Origin: Leucoraja ocellata
Lineage: Eukaryota
NCBI GenBank assembly: GCA_036785375.1
Contig: JAWMAR010000136.1
Coordinates: 1,612,001-1,676,000, forward strand
DNA: 64,000 bases
Reading direction: 5' to 3'
The notes below the pieces were generated by a model. The model ran no database searches and was not told the DNA's origin. It saw only the letters and a list, made by a program, of their open reading frames with translations. The position numbers and the translations under genes were made by a program. Each line of letters begins with the position of its first letter. Position 1 is the first letter of the stretch. Below are positions 37,215 through 51,272 of this stretch, one piece after another.

Positions 37215-37239
37215 ATCGGGACTGCTTGCGCAAATGGAG
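37215..37239 (+). CDS. Gene B exon 6: short cytoplasmic exon (DRDCLRKW)
   Basis: Acceptor tttttattgtatag, strong donor GAG|gtaagc, open in phase 1 to 2. Confidence 0.55.
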
Positions 37240-39469
37240 GTAAGCCTTAAAATAGCATTTTATCCTTTTTATATAAATGATGGATGAACAATTTTTCTCC
37301 AATAATATGCATTAAGTAGTAAGCAAGTTTTCAACAGCAAGGAGGTAATCTGCAATGTGGATTTGAGGAACTCAGACTCAGGGTACAGTGAAAAGCTAAC
37401 TAGTGAGCAGAAAGACAATACATGATTACTATCAAGCCATCCACCGTGTATAGATACACAATAAGGGGAATAAGGTTTAGTGTAAGACAAAATGTTTTTA
37501 ACAGCAGGTTTTGGCTGAACCACAGATGAAAGAAGCCCATGGGGCTGGACAGAGAACATTGCAAAAGCCCCATCTGAAAGTAAAAAAGATTCAGATGAGA
37601 GATTTGTCAGATCACGGGCTAAGGTCAGCAGCGGCAGGTGCAAATAGCGAGTAATTATTTTACGGTCTTGATGATGGACAGCAGATGGAATTCAGAAAAT
37701 GTACCAAAAGTTGCAAACATTCACATTCACACAAGCTGCACATCACACAAGAACACATACAGGCCATTGGTCCCTTGCACCAGTTCAACTCTTCAATACG
37801 ATCATTGACTTGATCTTTTATCTCAATACAACTTTCCTGCATATCCCTTATTATCCCCAAAATCTCCCCATCTCTCTCTCAACTGGCTGAGCCTCCACCC
37901 AGGTAAGAATTCCAAAGACCTCTATCCTCAAGGTGAAGGAATTTCTTCTCCTTCCTGTCCAGACAGGTGACTTCTTTATTGTAGTTCAGAACATGCTCGT
38001 CTTGGGAAACATCATCCTCACTTTCCCATGATAATAACTTTTAATTTCTCAATGCAATCACAATGTACTACATATAATATAATAGGTATAGGCCCAGTCT
38101 GCTTAATGTCTCCTCATGACAATGCCACCATTCCATGAATCAATTACTCTCCCTTCATCACGCAAACCCTTTCTTGGATTGGGAAACCAGACCAGTACAT
38201 AATATTTCAGATGCAGTCCCACCAGACTCGTATGCAATTGGAACCAAATGTGTCTAATCTGGTTGTACTCAGATTCCCTTGCAATTAAAGCATTTTGTAA
38301 TTGCATTTAACTTCCGATGTTTCATTTATATACACATCCGGGTCATGCTGAGAAAACTGGAGGTAAACTGGGAGTAACATGGCCAGAAGTGCATAGCAGA
38401 TAAATAGAATGATAAAATGGAGGTTAACTGGATATCTTCACAGTGTCCAAAATTGATCCTGAGGAATCACTTGAAAGAAGTTTCAGAAGATAAATCATAG
38501 AATATGGGCTTGCCTTTGTCATTCTTTATAGTTGAAAATGCATTAAACTTTGGGTAGAATTTGCTTGTACTGATGTTCAAATTGGTAAATAACCTAAAAA
38601 AGTAAATGGATTGGGTGGAGTGACGGAGTGGGTTGTGTTTGAGGAAGAAGCTGAGAATAATCGCTCTGGATTTATATTCCTGGGTGGTTCTTAATTGAGA
38701 ATCACAGAATAATTTTGGAACTTATTCCTCACAACTTTGCTATTTTTCTTTCTCATTAGGAACTCAAAGCAACACAGGAACCAAAGCCGATTGGCCAAAA
38801 GTGACTCTTCGGAAAATGTTAACAGCCAAAAAGAGATCATAATTATTTCTGAATTCTGAGCACATGATAGTTTTACAGAGGCCAGTTGGATCTTTCTGCT
38901 AAGCTCTCTTGTAGAAACCCAATTTCCCGGTGTATCCTTGAAAAAAGTCTGTATACCTTGAGGAACAAGAGGATTTCTCTTTACACTTCCATCCCCCACC
39001 AGGTCTCATGGCCCTCCACTTTTTCCTTGAACAGAGCCCAATCCATTTCCCCTCCACTAACATTCCTCTCCACCTGGTAGAATCTTTCCATTCTTAATTA
39101 CATCTTTTTTGAATCCTTGCACTTTCTTCAAGTTAAATTTGTCGCCATGTGCTCCACCAATGCCTGCCCTTTTGTTGGTTACATCGAACAGTCTTTGTTC
39201 TCTGGCACCCCAACTCTTTCTCGGCAATCTGAGAATTGTCCTCACCCAAAATGTTGCTTATCCATCTTCTCCAGTGATGATGCCTGACCTGTTGGGGTGC
39301 TCCAACACTTTGTGTATTTTTGTTTAACAAGTGGATTTCATTTTCTTTACTAAATGTAACTTATCCATTCACCCCAATCTATTGGTCCCCCACAAATAAA
39401 TAATGTTCTCATGAGCTTGTGCTCTCAGCTGAAAGGTAATAAAGCAATGGCTTATTCTTCATGGATAGC

Positions 39470-40560
39470 TTTAGCATGGTGGCTCCAGCGAGCGCCGCTT
39501 TTGCACCCTCGAGGCACTGGAAAAGGGGGCACATGATTCTGGCCGCCGCCGGCATGAAACGGTGATAGAAGTTTACCATACCGACAAACTCCTATAGGCC
39601 TTTCACAGTTGGCAGCCTGGGGAACTGCCGGATGGCCTCCACGTTAGAGGGCAATGGGGTGGCGCCCTGCGAGGTGATGTTGTGGCCCAGGAATGAAATC
39701 ATGCAGAGTCCAAACTGGCACTTGGCGGGATGACGGAGTCGCGGAGCCGCTGGAAAAGCGTCCGCAGGTGTGCGAGTTGCTCCTGTTCGGAGCGGTTCAC
39801 GACCAGGATGTCATCGAGGTAAATGTAGATAAAGTTCAATCCCTGACCGACTATGTCCATTAGGCGCTGGAACGCCTGAGCTTCGTTCTTCAAACCGAAG
39901 GGCATGCGGAGCCACTCAAACAGCCTGAACGGGGTGATGGTGGCAGTTTTGGGCACGTCTACCGGGCGCACAGGGATCTGGTGATAACACCGGACCAGGT
40001 CCACCTTGGAGAAAAAGATGGTGCCCTCCAGATGGGCCGAAAAGTCCTGTCGATGTGGGACTTGGTAGCAGTCCACGGTTGTAATGGCGTTCAGGCGCCT
40101 GTGATCCCCGCGCCTGCAATTACATGCGTATGCACAGCCGTCTGGAGCGTGTGACATCATTTGAAGATGGACACAAAGCTGGAGTAACTCAGCTGGACCA
40201 GCAGCATCTCTGGAAAGAAGCAATGGGTGATGTTTCAGGTCGAGACTCTTCTTCAGTCTGAAAAGAAGGGTCTTGACCCGAAACGTCACCCATTGCTTCT
40301 CTCCAGAGATGCTGTCAGTCCCGCTGAGTTACTCCTTCATTTTCTGTCCATCTCCATTTTTCTTGGCCCCGCTCTGGGAGTAGAAGTGGGTGCGGATCCG
40401 GACCGCAATAGCCGTGAGCCCCAGGCTGAGTTCGGCGATCATTTGCCTGCTTCTGCTGCTGTTGAAGGTGAGATGTTGCGTCACATCAGGGTCTTGGGCC
40501 TGTCCCACTTTGGCCTTCAGTTCCACGACAGGCCGTTGGCGCGCGAAGATTTCGTTCACT
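39470..40560 (-). mobile_element. Gypsy/Ty3 LTR retrotransposon pol fragment interrupted by a Penelope-derived palindrome
   Basis: D.RRLNA.T..D.Y..P, FSKVDL...YHQIPV, KTA.ITPF.LFE..RMPFGLKN...FQR, YLDDILV. Confidence 0.85.
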
Positions 40561-43500
40561 GCAAGAATTTTGGAGCCTCACGCGATGTCGGGACCGGCTC
40601 CGCACAACTCCATACCCTTCCGCGCTTCTAAGTGGGACCGGCCCCGCGAGGCCATACAGTGCAACCACAGGCCCTTAATTGTGGAATCTAATTGACTATG
40701 ATACTGCCTTGAATGCTGATTTGGAATAAGGTGTAGAAACAAGGAACTGCAGATGCTGGTTAATACACTAAAGGACACAAAGTGCTGGAGTAATGCAACA
40801 GGTCAGGCAGCATCTCTGGGGAACATGGATAGGTGACATTTCAGGTCGACACCCTTCTTCAGACACATCACCCTTTCATGATTTTATGGTAATGGAGTGA
40901 ACCCAAGACTATTTGCACGTCACATTAACTTTTGCAGGTAATTAAAGTCCCAAGTCTGTGGCACATTGGGAAGGTTAGATTTTTACCTGCCAAAGAACAA
41001 AAAATGTTTTTGCCTTGATCTTGAGCCAGATTTGACAGTAAACATCATTACATGAAAAAAGAGTACTTGATTATCCACGTCAGTGTCACGGGCTCAGTAA
41101 TCGCTCCGTGCTGTGGAATGGATATTTTCCCCTTGCAGCTGTGCAAACCTTCTATTACTCAGATTATCTGGATGACCTTCCTTTTAAATTGGGAGCCTTT
41201 TTGCCATTTTTCTTTTTGCTTTCCAATACCCTTAAGCAAATCATCCGACTTTAGATATCCAATGTGAAAATAGGCCCTTCAGCCCACTGAGTCTACGCCA
41301 ACCAACAATCACCCCGTACACCAACACTATTTTACATACTAGGGACAATTTACAATTTTACTGAAGCCAATTAACCTACAAAACTACATGTCTTTGGAGC
41401 ATAGGAGGAAACCGGAGCACCTAGAGAAAACCCACACGGTCACAGGGAGAACCTGCAAACTCCGCACAAACGACACCCACAGTCAAGATCAAACGTGGGA
41501 CCCTGGCGCTGTAACGTAGCAACTCTACCGTCACGCCACTCTGCCGCCCTTCTGCTACATAAGAAAATAAAATGACTGGTTCATTAATGTCTTTTGGAGG
41601 AGGAATTCCCATCTGGCCAATGGAGCTCCAAACCCATAGCAATATGATTCAATATTAATTGCCTTCTGAAAACATCCAGCAAGCCAATCAGTTCAACGGC
41701 TCAGATATGGCTGCTTTAGTGACACGCGTCACCACTGACCATTGGCAGTGAATGCCACTTCCTGTAGATGCCTAAATAAAGGTTATGTAAATAAACATCA
41801 TGGAGATGCAATACCAAAGTGACTGAATTAATAAGTAATTATTCATACATAGAATTAGAGATGCAATTCTTCTTGAAAGCAAAATACTGCAGCTGCAGGA
41901 AATCAGAAGTAAACATGGAAAACATTGGAGATGCTCATTAGGTCAGGTTCTTCTTCTTATCGAGTCCACACACAAGATTAGAAGTTGTTCAGCCAGAGCT
42001 CGGCATCTGCATATAATGGTGTCTGTCTTGTCATTTCTTGTGCGTGATGGCGGAAAGATTGGTGGAAACAGGGCCGAGATGTGAATGCCTTTTCCTTGAC
42101 CCCGTAGGTCAGGTAGAAGCCACGGATCAAGAAACTGAACTTAAGTTTCAACGTAATGAACTCAGCATACAACAGCAGCTGTGGAGGGAGGAACAGAGGT
42201 CTTGGATTCTGAGCACTTCCAGCATTTCTTGTGTATCAATTTGAAATTGCACTTACCAGATCTACAAGTGAATTGCCATCGTATTTTAGCTGTTTAATTT
42301 TAGTTGAGCTAGATTTGGGAAATGATGACCAGTGTTAAAGACTGCTATTTACAGTCAGACTGAAAGCAATTTACGAAAACCGTACAAAAGCAATACAAAA
42401 AGCAAATGGTGTTTTATCTTTAATTTGGTAAATGACTAACATTGCCTGCCTAGATCGAGTAAAGGAGCAGGTATGCATTTCACTCTACAAATTCATTTTC
42501 ATTAATTAATCTGATGTTTTCATTAGATTTGGGGCTAGACATTGTGAGCTCAAACTGCAAAGGCTCGGACACCAGTCATTCAGTTCAATCGCAAAATTGA
42601 AACTGCACAGATGAACAGGGATACAGAACTCGTGAGATTTTGTCCAATTGTCTGTGCGTCAAAATCGAAACCACATTTCTTCAAGAAAATTATTTTTAAT
42701 TTAATCATAATTTGAGCAGAAGAAACATTTCAAACCTTTCCTACCGTGTGATTTGAGAAGGGAATAACATACTCATAGCGAGGTAGCATCTTTAGTTACT
42801 TTCAGAAAACGTTGAGAACTTTATCTGCCTTCAAGGAAACCATCAGTGTGTGTATAATGGAAAAGCTGCTGTGGTTATTTTCAAAGCATCATTTATTTTG
42901 CCCCCCAAAAAATTACATTTCACTGACTATCCAACACATGTTCGTGGGAATTCAACCTTTTTTGCCTTTCTTTTCAATAAACAAGATGCAACTTGAAACA
43001 TGTTGTGCCTCTTTTAGATTGCTCTCATTTCCTCTTTATGATCATTCCATTAGCACTTTCTGTCAAGATTGACTTCAATGCATCCATCATGTCTCACTCG
43101 TGAAATCATTTCTGGTCATAACTTACAATATTTGTAAAGAATACACAACAAAATGAGGATTTCGTTGTCTCTGTACTGTACACTGACAATGACAATTAAA
43201 ATTGAATCTGAATCTGAATCTGATTATATCATGATGCAATAGTCAACTGTCCATGAAATAATGTGACCCACAGGTCATCTATAAGAGATTGAGAGGTCTA
43301 TGAACTGGTAACCATGATAGAGCTACAATCTCTGGACTTAGTGCTGCCATTGAGCTCAGGTACTCGGGGTCACTGTGAACATAGGCACCAATTTTCCCAC
43401 TCCATAGTTGGGAAATCAATGAACCTTCCTTATCCTCGATTCTGCCAACCTCATTTTCCATAACCTCAAACATTTCTCTATCACCTCCATGGCAGCCACA

Positions 43501-44653
43501 GTCCTCGTGGAGAGATCTCTTTAGTGCCGACTGTCACTACAACAGAGATGAGAGGGAATTGGAGGGATTGTGGAGAATGGATGGGGTGCCAGTTCTTAAC
43601 TACAAAGGATTCAGATTAAGTTTATCAACATGAATGAGTGCAAATCATAAATAACAAGTTCTTAAAAGCCATTACCAATTGCATTTCTTTGGGGCACCAT
43701 ATTTGGCCTAAGTACTATGCATAATACCAAAAACAGCACACTAATAATTACATCTCATTTCCTGGTATTGAAGTACCAATTATAAACTGTTGGTTTACAA
43801 AGAGTACATTTAAGAATGCATTTAATAGGGGTTGATGCATCAACATTACACATAATTGAATTAATAGCCTAAATGTCTTTTGCATGTGACATTAATCACC
43901 ATCTAACTCAAAAGTAAATTATTATTAATTCCTTTATCATTCACGATTCTTAATTGAAATTATCAAGGATTAGAAGATAAACCATGTGGAAGGAACTGTA
44001 GATGTTGGTTTGTTTCTTCCGAGCAATTAAAGAGTTACTCTTCAGACAAAAGAAGGTAAGATGTTATAACATGACGTGTTCCAATTTTTAATTGAAAGTA
44101 GTAATTGAGCAGATGTGAATCTGTAGGAATAACAAGAAATGTACTAAACTTGTGGGCTGCGTTCTGTATCTAAATAATTTCTCTGGTTAGCCATGGATTC
44201 CAACATGGCTAGACCCAGTTAGCATGTGGTCTTTTAATGTAAAGTTTACTCCTGGCTTACTTTGCAAGACATTTTAAATACCAAATTGTCCCCAAGTGTA
44301 CAAATTCTCCATTAATTAAAAGCAAAATACTATGCATAGAATGTAAATCACACAGTTCATTCTTAGGTCAAAAACATTTACAGGTAAAAGAAAAAATATG
44401 AAATGCCATCTCAGGTCCTCTCTCCATAGACATTGTTCAAACTCCATCAATTTTGTTTACTACCAAGTTATCTTTTCAGCATCAGTTATATTTTACTTTT
44501 GCGATCTTATGTGCAACTTTAAAAGGCTTCATAGGAAAACTGCACTAAGTCTATTTCAGCAGAAATTCTACAAATTTCAAATTTACTTCAGCAGGTTTTT
44601 CAAAGTTAAAGATGACAGCAGTCTTTGTATGGTCAAAAAGAAAAACAAACTTA

Positions 44654-44983
44654 AGGGCCTGTCCCACTTACGCGACTTTTTCGGCGACTGCCGGCACCCG
44701 TCATAGGTAGTTCCAGATCGCCGAAAATGTTAAACTTGTTGAAAATCCAGCGGCCACCAGAACCAGGTACGACTCTTTGGGTGACTACTCACAACCATAC
44801 AGGCTTTACCCCGTGACACGTCGTCAGGGTGTCGCCTGTATGGTCGTGAGTAGTCTCCTAGTCACCCAAAGAGTCGTAGCATCTTTCTGGTTGCCACTGC
44901 ATTTTCAACATGTTGACAATTTTCGGCAACCTATGACGGGTGCCGGCAGTCGCCAAAAAAGTTGCGTAAGTGGGACAGGCACT
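44654..44983. mobile_element. Palindromic PIF/Harbinger MITE
   Basis: TIRs AGGGCCTGTCCCACTTA / TAAGTGGGACAGGCACT with TTA target duplication. Confidence 0.85.
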
Positions 44984-47900
44984 TTAGTGTTCCTCGCTGG
45001 GAAAGGCTGTGAGCTAAAATACTTTAAGAACCATAGCACACATTTATATTCAATCATGCCACTGCATCGTCTGAAACAATTCATATTAGCTCTCAAATGT
45101 TTTTAAGTTTCTAAGCACAAAAGTTAATATCAACAATGTTCAAAACATGCAAATTGTGCACATAGTTTAACAGTAATAAGTAAAGTACAAGTATTTAATT
45201 AAATACATATTATGCTTTTTTGGAAAACTGGAGAATAAAAGATTAATTTTCCAATTTATAATTTTAAATTTGAAGAACAGACATTAGGAAAGAATAAAAA
45301 TTGCATCGGGTACAAAACCAAAGCTTGTTTTGGTACCAGTCTGTCTCTTGGTGCTAATGGAAAATAGGTGCAGGAGAGGCTCTTGGCCCTGCACTGCAGG
45401 ATCAAATGAAAGAGAGAAAAAAAAAACCACATCTGGTCAGATCTAAACAATTTTTATTCACCAGATGTGGATTTTGATTCAGATTGGCAATCTGATTGTC
45501 AGGCTAAAGAAATGTGCACATCTGTTTGTAAACCATCACAATATTTTAAGCAAAAAAACAACGTTCATAATTTGGTCGGGGCAAAGTAAATAGCAACCTG
45601 CTGAAATAAAAAAGGCAGTCATCCTATTGATATTTACATTGATGTTGGTTTATTAATGCCATGTGTACCAAGGTACAGTAAACATCTTTGATTTGGTGCT
45701 ATCTAGGCAAATCACACCATACATGAGTGCATCAGGTAATGCAAAAGAGAACATAAACAGTGGTGTATATTGTGTTACAATTACAGAGAAATTGCAGATT
45801 AAAGGAAGTACATGAGCTGTAACAAGTAGATTGGAAGTGGTCCTTTCAAATGTTTGATAAAATTGATGAAGAAACTTTGTCAATCTGGTGAATCATGCTT
45901 TTAAACGTTTGTATCTTCTGCCCAGGTGCAAATCTGCTGGGTGTAGTACATGAACACCCAAGGGGGTGGGTGACATAATTCCACTGATCTGGTGTTCGTC
46001 TGAAAGGAGAATGTCATTGCTAGTGATTCTGGCTGGTAGTCCATTATAGCATGCAAGGTTTGGCAGAATCAAGTCTCTTTGTGGTTTCGTCTCTTGGCAT
46101 TCCTGATGTCTTTGTGATGGTACTACCTAGATTTCTTGTACACAGTTCATCCATTGTTTCCAGTTGGGGAACACCCAGATTGACATCTGTGACATGCAGT
46201 CCTTTAAACACTTATTGATGAACCCTGTGACAAAACCAGTGTACCCACTTAGGGCCGAGTGCTTGAACATGGACCAGTCCACCGACTCAAACAGTAACGT
46301 AGGAGCTCATGTTTAATCAGACAAATACTGTTCTACTTTCAATACCAAATCCTATTGATACAGTTTCTTCTTGTATGCAGGAAGGAAGAGCAGAGTCTGT
46401 AAGTCAGATGTGTCGCAGTGTTCGAGGGCATTTGAGCCTCTGGTGGGACATGACACGTGCTGATAGTATCTTGGTAGCTCACAGGTCGGCCTGGTCTAGC
46501 CCAAACATTGAAGAACAAGTCCTCAGGGTATTTCGTTTCAAGGCTATTGGTTGTGGATCACACTACGGAGATTGATTTGCAGAGAACCAGACAAAATATA
46601 TTCATTTTTTGAATTTGCTTTGACCTGCAACTTTATCACAAAAAAATGTAATTCCACAGATTTTAAATATTAATGCAAGAGTCTGTTCAGCTTCTGAAGA
46701 TACATTGATTACATGTTGAGAATGCAACAGGAGTGATTAGATCCCCAAAATCTCTATGTACATATTTCCAAGCATCTGTCCCAGGGAACATTACATGCAA
46801 CACGACATTAGAACTATTCTTAAATTCACCCGTGACAAATGCACAATTCACAACACACAGATACAGACATATACGAAACATGATGTCACAAATGTTGTTG
46901 TTGTTACTGTTACAATTGGAATCTGAGATTAAAACGTCACAACCATTATGAATTATCCATCACTTATCTCCAGGAAGATGAGATAAGATTATTTCTTCAT
47001 ACTTATTTTCTGATGGTGTAGTGTATAAATAGGCCATCCCCAGCTTAGAACCAACATTTGCTGCAACTGGGAATGCGATCATTAGACTAGGTACTCCGAT
47101 TCAATGGTGGGCTTGGAAAATGTTGATTATTTATGATTCATTTGTATGAACTTTTAATTTTAAGTAAGTCAGATCGGCACTTCAATGTTATCACATGATT
47201 TGATCAGTACAACTGCTGCATGTGAGCAAACTAGCATCCTTTACAGAAGATTAGTTTCATCACCATAACTTGCTTGTCCAGCCCCATTCCCAGAGTACCA
47301 TAGTTATTTGCTCTCACAGTTAGCACAGATACACTCAATCCAAGAGCAAAAATTACCAAATTTAGTTCACAAAAATATTTTCATTCGTATATTTAGAATG
47401 ATGGACAGGAAATAATGTCAATTCCAAATTAGAAATTACCTGAATTATTTTGGTCCTGTACTGTTTGAATAAATGTTAAACAGGTCTGTATACAGGACTT
47501 CAAATTTCCTTGTTGTGATTGGATAAATGTGAAGGCCGTAATCGCAGCACAATATTGAAGCAGAGAAGCAGAGAAAGTCTACTTACCCTTCTCCAAACTT
47601 GCAATATACCTCTGACTTGTGAGTTCAAAGAGTCAACATTTTTAATTTTAAGTTTTGCCTGCTTTGTTAAAAATAATGAAATTAATTTTACTAATTACAG
47701 TTTCATCTTTTAAAACAGAATGTCAAAAGACAAAGTTCGCCTCAAGGGGAAGTAGGAGAAGTAGTTTACCACAAACTAAATATTGCTGTATTGGCATTGA
47801 CTGAACCAAAAAACACATTCAGTGGAGAGGCTTGGAAAGACTTTTTAATGACCAATACCACTAACTATTGTCACTAACCATTGTTTTTGTAATTTGTATT

Positions 47901-48374
47901 TTTATATCCAGTACTGCATTTATATATGGCCCTCTGAAGCCTCACAAAATCAGAACTATTTTAAAAGATATTTTAAATTATTTGATAATGTAAAAATAAA
48001 TCTATCTCGTTAGTATACAATAAATGTCAAAACACTGTTCGCAGTATATGGCTTGTGACTTTAGGTAGTCATGGATGCTTAACAGTTAAATGCACAGAAG
48101 CATTACAAATCATAATTCATATCCAGCTGAAATGCCCTCTTATCACAATAGACAAAGGAATGTTCAATATATGGCCCAAAATGTCATGCATACAAGCTGA
48201 AAGTGTTACGTATTATTGCAACTTTTCAGGATTGTCCCTCAGATGACCATAATTGAAATGTTGCTGGAGCATGTTTTGCAAATATCCTCTTTATATTGCA
48301 CATTACTTGAATGGGAAATGATCTTTCAAGAACTGCAGGTTTTCAGAACTCGGTATCTCGCAACATTTGCGTTT

Positions 48375-48436
48375 CTACAAGAGGAATGGAAAATTCCAAA
48401 TGACCACAGCAAGTGGGAGTAGCAGCAAGAACGGAC
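48375..48436 (-). CDS. Gene C last coding exon: C-terminal hydrophobic GPI signal (GPFLLLLPLAVVIWNFPFLL*)
   Basis: Acceptor cttctattcttttcag, phase 1. Hydrophobic residues run up to the TAG with no cytoplasmic tail. Confidence 0.72.
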
Positions 48437-48844
48437 CTGAAAAGAATAGAAGTTTTGCATGAATTACACAAATTATTTTTCAAAGCATCTAAAGCACGTC
48501 AATGATAAACAATTAATCTGATGGTCGAATTCTTTACAATTTAATCATCATAAGGACAAATTCAATCGTGCATTTTCAGAGGATGAGTTGGGCAATTGAT
48601 CATTCCTGTTGTATGAGGTGCTTAGAGATTCGGCCTTGTGTTGCAATATTAATCATTTATTTATGTGAAGTGGACATCACTGTTATTCAATGACCACCCC
48701 ATTTGTCTCTCAGGATCCAGAAATGCTGCCTGCCCAACTGAGTTACTCCAGCATTTTGTGTCTATCTTAGATTTAAATCAGCATCTGCAGTTCTTCCCTA
48801 CACACTAGAATTATTTCAATCCTTCTCGTGAATGGAATTACATA

Positions 48845-49370
48845 GTTACATAGACAATAGGTGCAGGAGTAGGCCCTTCGGCCCTTCGAGCCAGAACCAC
48901 CATTCAATGTGGTTATGGCTGATCATCCACAATTAGTACCCCGTTCCTGCCTTCTCCCCATATCCCATGATTCAACTAGCCCCAAGAGCTCTATCTAAGT
49001 CTCTTTTGAATGCATCCAGTGAATCAGCCCCCACTGCCTTCTGAGGCAGAGAATTCCACAAATTTACAACTCTCTGGGTGAAAATGTTTCTCCTCATCTC
49101 AGTTCTAAATGGCCTACCCCTTATTCTTAAACTGTGGCCCCTGGTTCTGGACTCCCACTACATCGGGAACACGTTTCCCGCATCTAGCATATGTCCTTCC
49201 TCAAATTAGGAGGCCAAATCGGCACACAATACTTCAGGTGTGGTCTCACCAGGGTCATGTACAACTGCAGAAGGACCTCTTTGCTCCTTTACTCAACTCC
49301 TCTTGTTATAAAGGCCAGCATGCCATTAGCTTTCTTCACTGCCTGCTGTGTCTGCATGCTTACTTCCAAG
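48845..49370 (-). mobile_element. CR1 LINE fragments
   Basis: CR1 3'UTR and LVRPHLKYCV.IWPP remnant on minus. Confidence 0.8.
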
Positions 49371-50654
49371 AAATGATCAGGAATTTCCAGGAAGTCAATC
49401 TTTGATGATAAAGGCTCTGTGAAATATTTCCAAGTCAAATTGGTGCTTGACGTAGAATGAAAATATCAAACACTAGAGGGCATAGCTCTAACGTGATGGG
49501 CAAAGATTAAAGGAGATGTGCTGGGCAAGTTGTTTTTGTACACAGAGGGTAGTGAGAACACACTGCCAATGATGATAATAGATGCAGGTTGCTAGTGGCA
49601 TTAAAGAGACTTTAGAATAAACTCATGGATATGGAGGGATACAGATTATGTGCAGGCAGATAAGGGTTGGACTTGGCATTATGTTCAGCACAGACATTGC
49701 AGGCTGAAGGGCCTGTTCCTGTGTTCAACTGTTCTATGGAACCACAGGTGGCAGTGTCCACCATGGCCTGTTGCCCTCATTTTTTGTTTTGTTTGACGAG
49801 GTCAAGTGTTGACGCAACCTTGGTGAGGATTGCAGTGCATTTGTGAATCGCTTATGTTTCCGTTTTGGTGCATGCCAATAAGCAGGCGGATTTGTCCTGA
49901 ATATTATTGGACAGGTGGAGCTGTGTTCTGGCAAATGAATGATGTTCCATCAAAATCTTGACTTGTGGGTTCCAGATGGTGGAAAGTCAAAATATTGGTT
50001 AGATTGCAATAAGGGTGTACAGTTCTGGTCAGCATATGGCAGGAAAAATGTAATAGCTATAAAGCACGCACAGGATTCATTAGCATTGCTTGGAACTGAG
50101 TTATGTTGGTATATGGACGGATTAGATAGGCTGGGTTTATTATTACTGAAATTATCACATGAGGTTGAGACATGACCTTAATAACAATTATACAATTATC
50201 AGAGGCACATATACGATAGATAATCGGAAAATTTAACCCAGTGGAGCCCACAACTAGAGGGCACAGGTTTACGGTGAAAACTTTAAAGGAGATCTGAGGG
50301 GAAAGTTTTTTTACAGTAGTGCTGAAAATATGGAAGAGCTGCCAGGACATGTAATGGAGATGGATGCAATTACAATGTTGATAAGGCGTTTGGACAGATA
50401 CTTAGGTAGGAAACATATGAAGGAATATGAGCCTAATGCAGGCAAATGGGGTTAGCCAAGCAACATGGTTGGTGTGGACGGGGTAGGCTGGAAGGGCCAA
50501 CATCTGTGCTGTATCTTTATACAATTCCACAATACCATGAGAGGAGGCGAGAGTTCTGGAGTTGAATTACATCAAAGTAATTTGTAATTTCCCACATTCA
50601 ACAATGCTTTTTTTTTTGCGTGTTGAAAGATTAGCTAAGCCCTTACATTCATAC

Positions 50655-50699
50655 CTGCTGTTGTACAAATGCCATGAGAACCAGGTAACATTCTGCTGC
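50655..50699 (-). CDS. Gene C coding exon 3: stalk / GPI omega region (GSRMLPGSHGICTTA)
   Basis: Acceptor cttctattttattacag, donor GCAG|gtatga, 45 nt, phase 1/1, open. Confidence 0.7.
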
Positions 50700-51089
50700 C
50701 TGTAATAAAATAGAAGACATCAATCAGACAAGAATACTTGAAAGACATCACTTGAATTTCCAAAACACCAGTTCAGATTTCATAAAAGGAACATCGAAGT
50801 ATGAAATACATTATTTATGTTGGCAGAAAAGTCCATCACAGCCCTTGCTGAGCAAAACTTGTGCTATTCAATTGCCTTGAGCTTTTTGAAGATATGAAAT
50901 CTGTTTCAATCCAGTGCAATTGGCAGTGTTTTTGCTTTTCAAAATATCCTTTGTTTGCAGAATGATTATATAATATTTTTTAATTGATTCAGCTGAAAAT
51001 AGATTGGGCAGATAGCTGGAAATACATGTAGGTGGTGGATAAATCAGTCGTCTTAAAATGGACACAAGATGCTAGAGTAACTCAGCATT

Positions 51090-51272
51090 TCTACGGATGC
51101 CGTTTGGGTTACAGAACGCAGGGCAATCGTTCCAGCGTTACATGGACCACGTACTCTCCGGCCTCGATTCAGTCTACGCATACATCAATGACATGTTGGT
51201 AGCGAGCTCCAGCAAAGAAGAACACAAGAAACACCTCGGATTATTGTTTCGGCGTCTCAAACTTGAACATTG
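51090..51272 (+). mobile_element. Short Gypsy RT fragment
   Basis: RMPFGLQNAGQSFQRYMD.VL.GL..VYAYINDMLVAS. Confidence 0.8.

Noticed and set aside
42527-42600. Terminal exon directly after the 42454 micro-exon
   Set aside because: It would need a 56-nt intron, shorter than typical vertebrate introns.
46830-46922. Leader-like MFRICLYLCVVNCAFVTG with a phase-1 donor
   Set aside because: No downstream Ig or other coding exon found on the minus strand. It may lie in or after the gene C 3'UTR.
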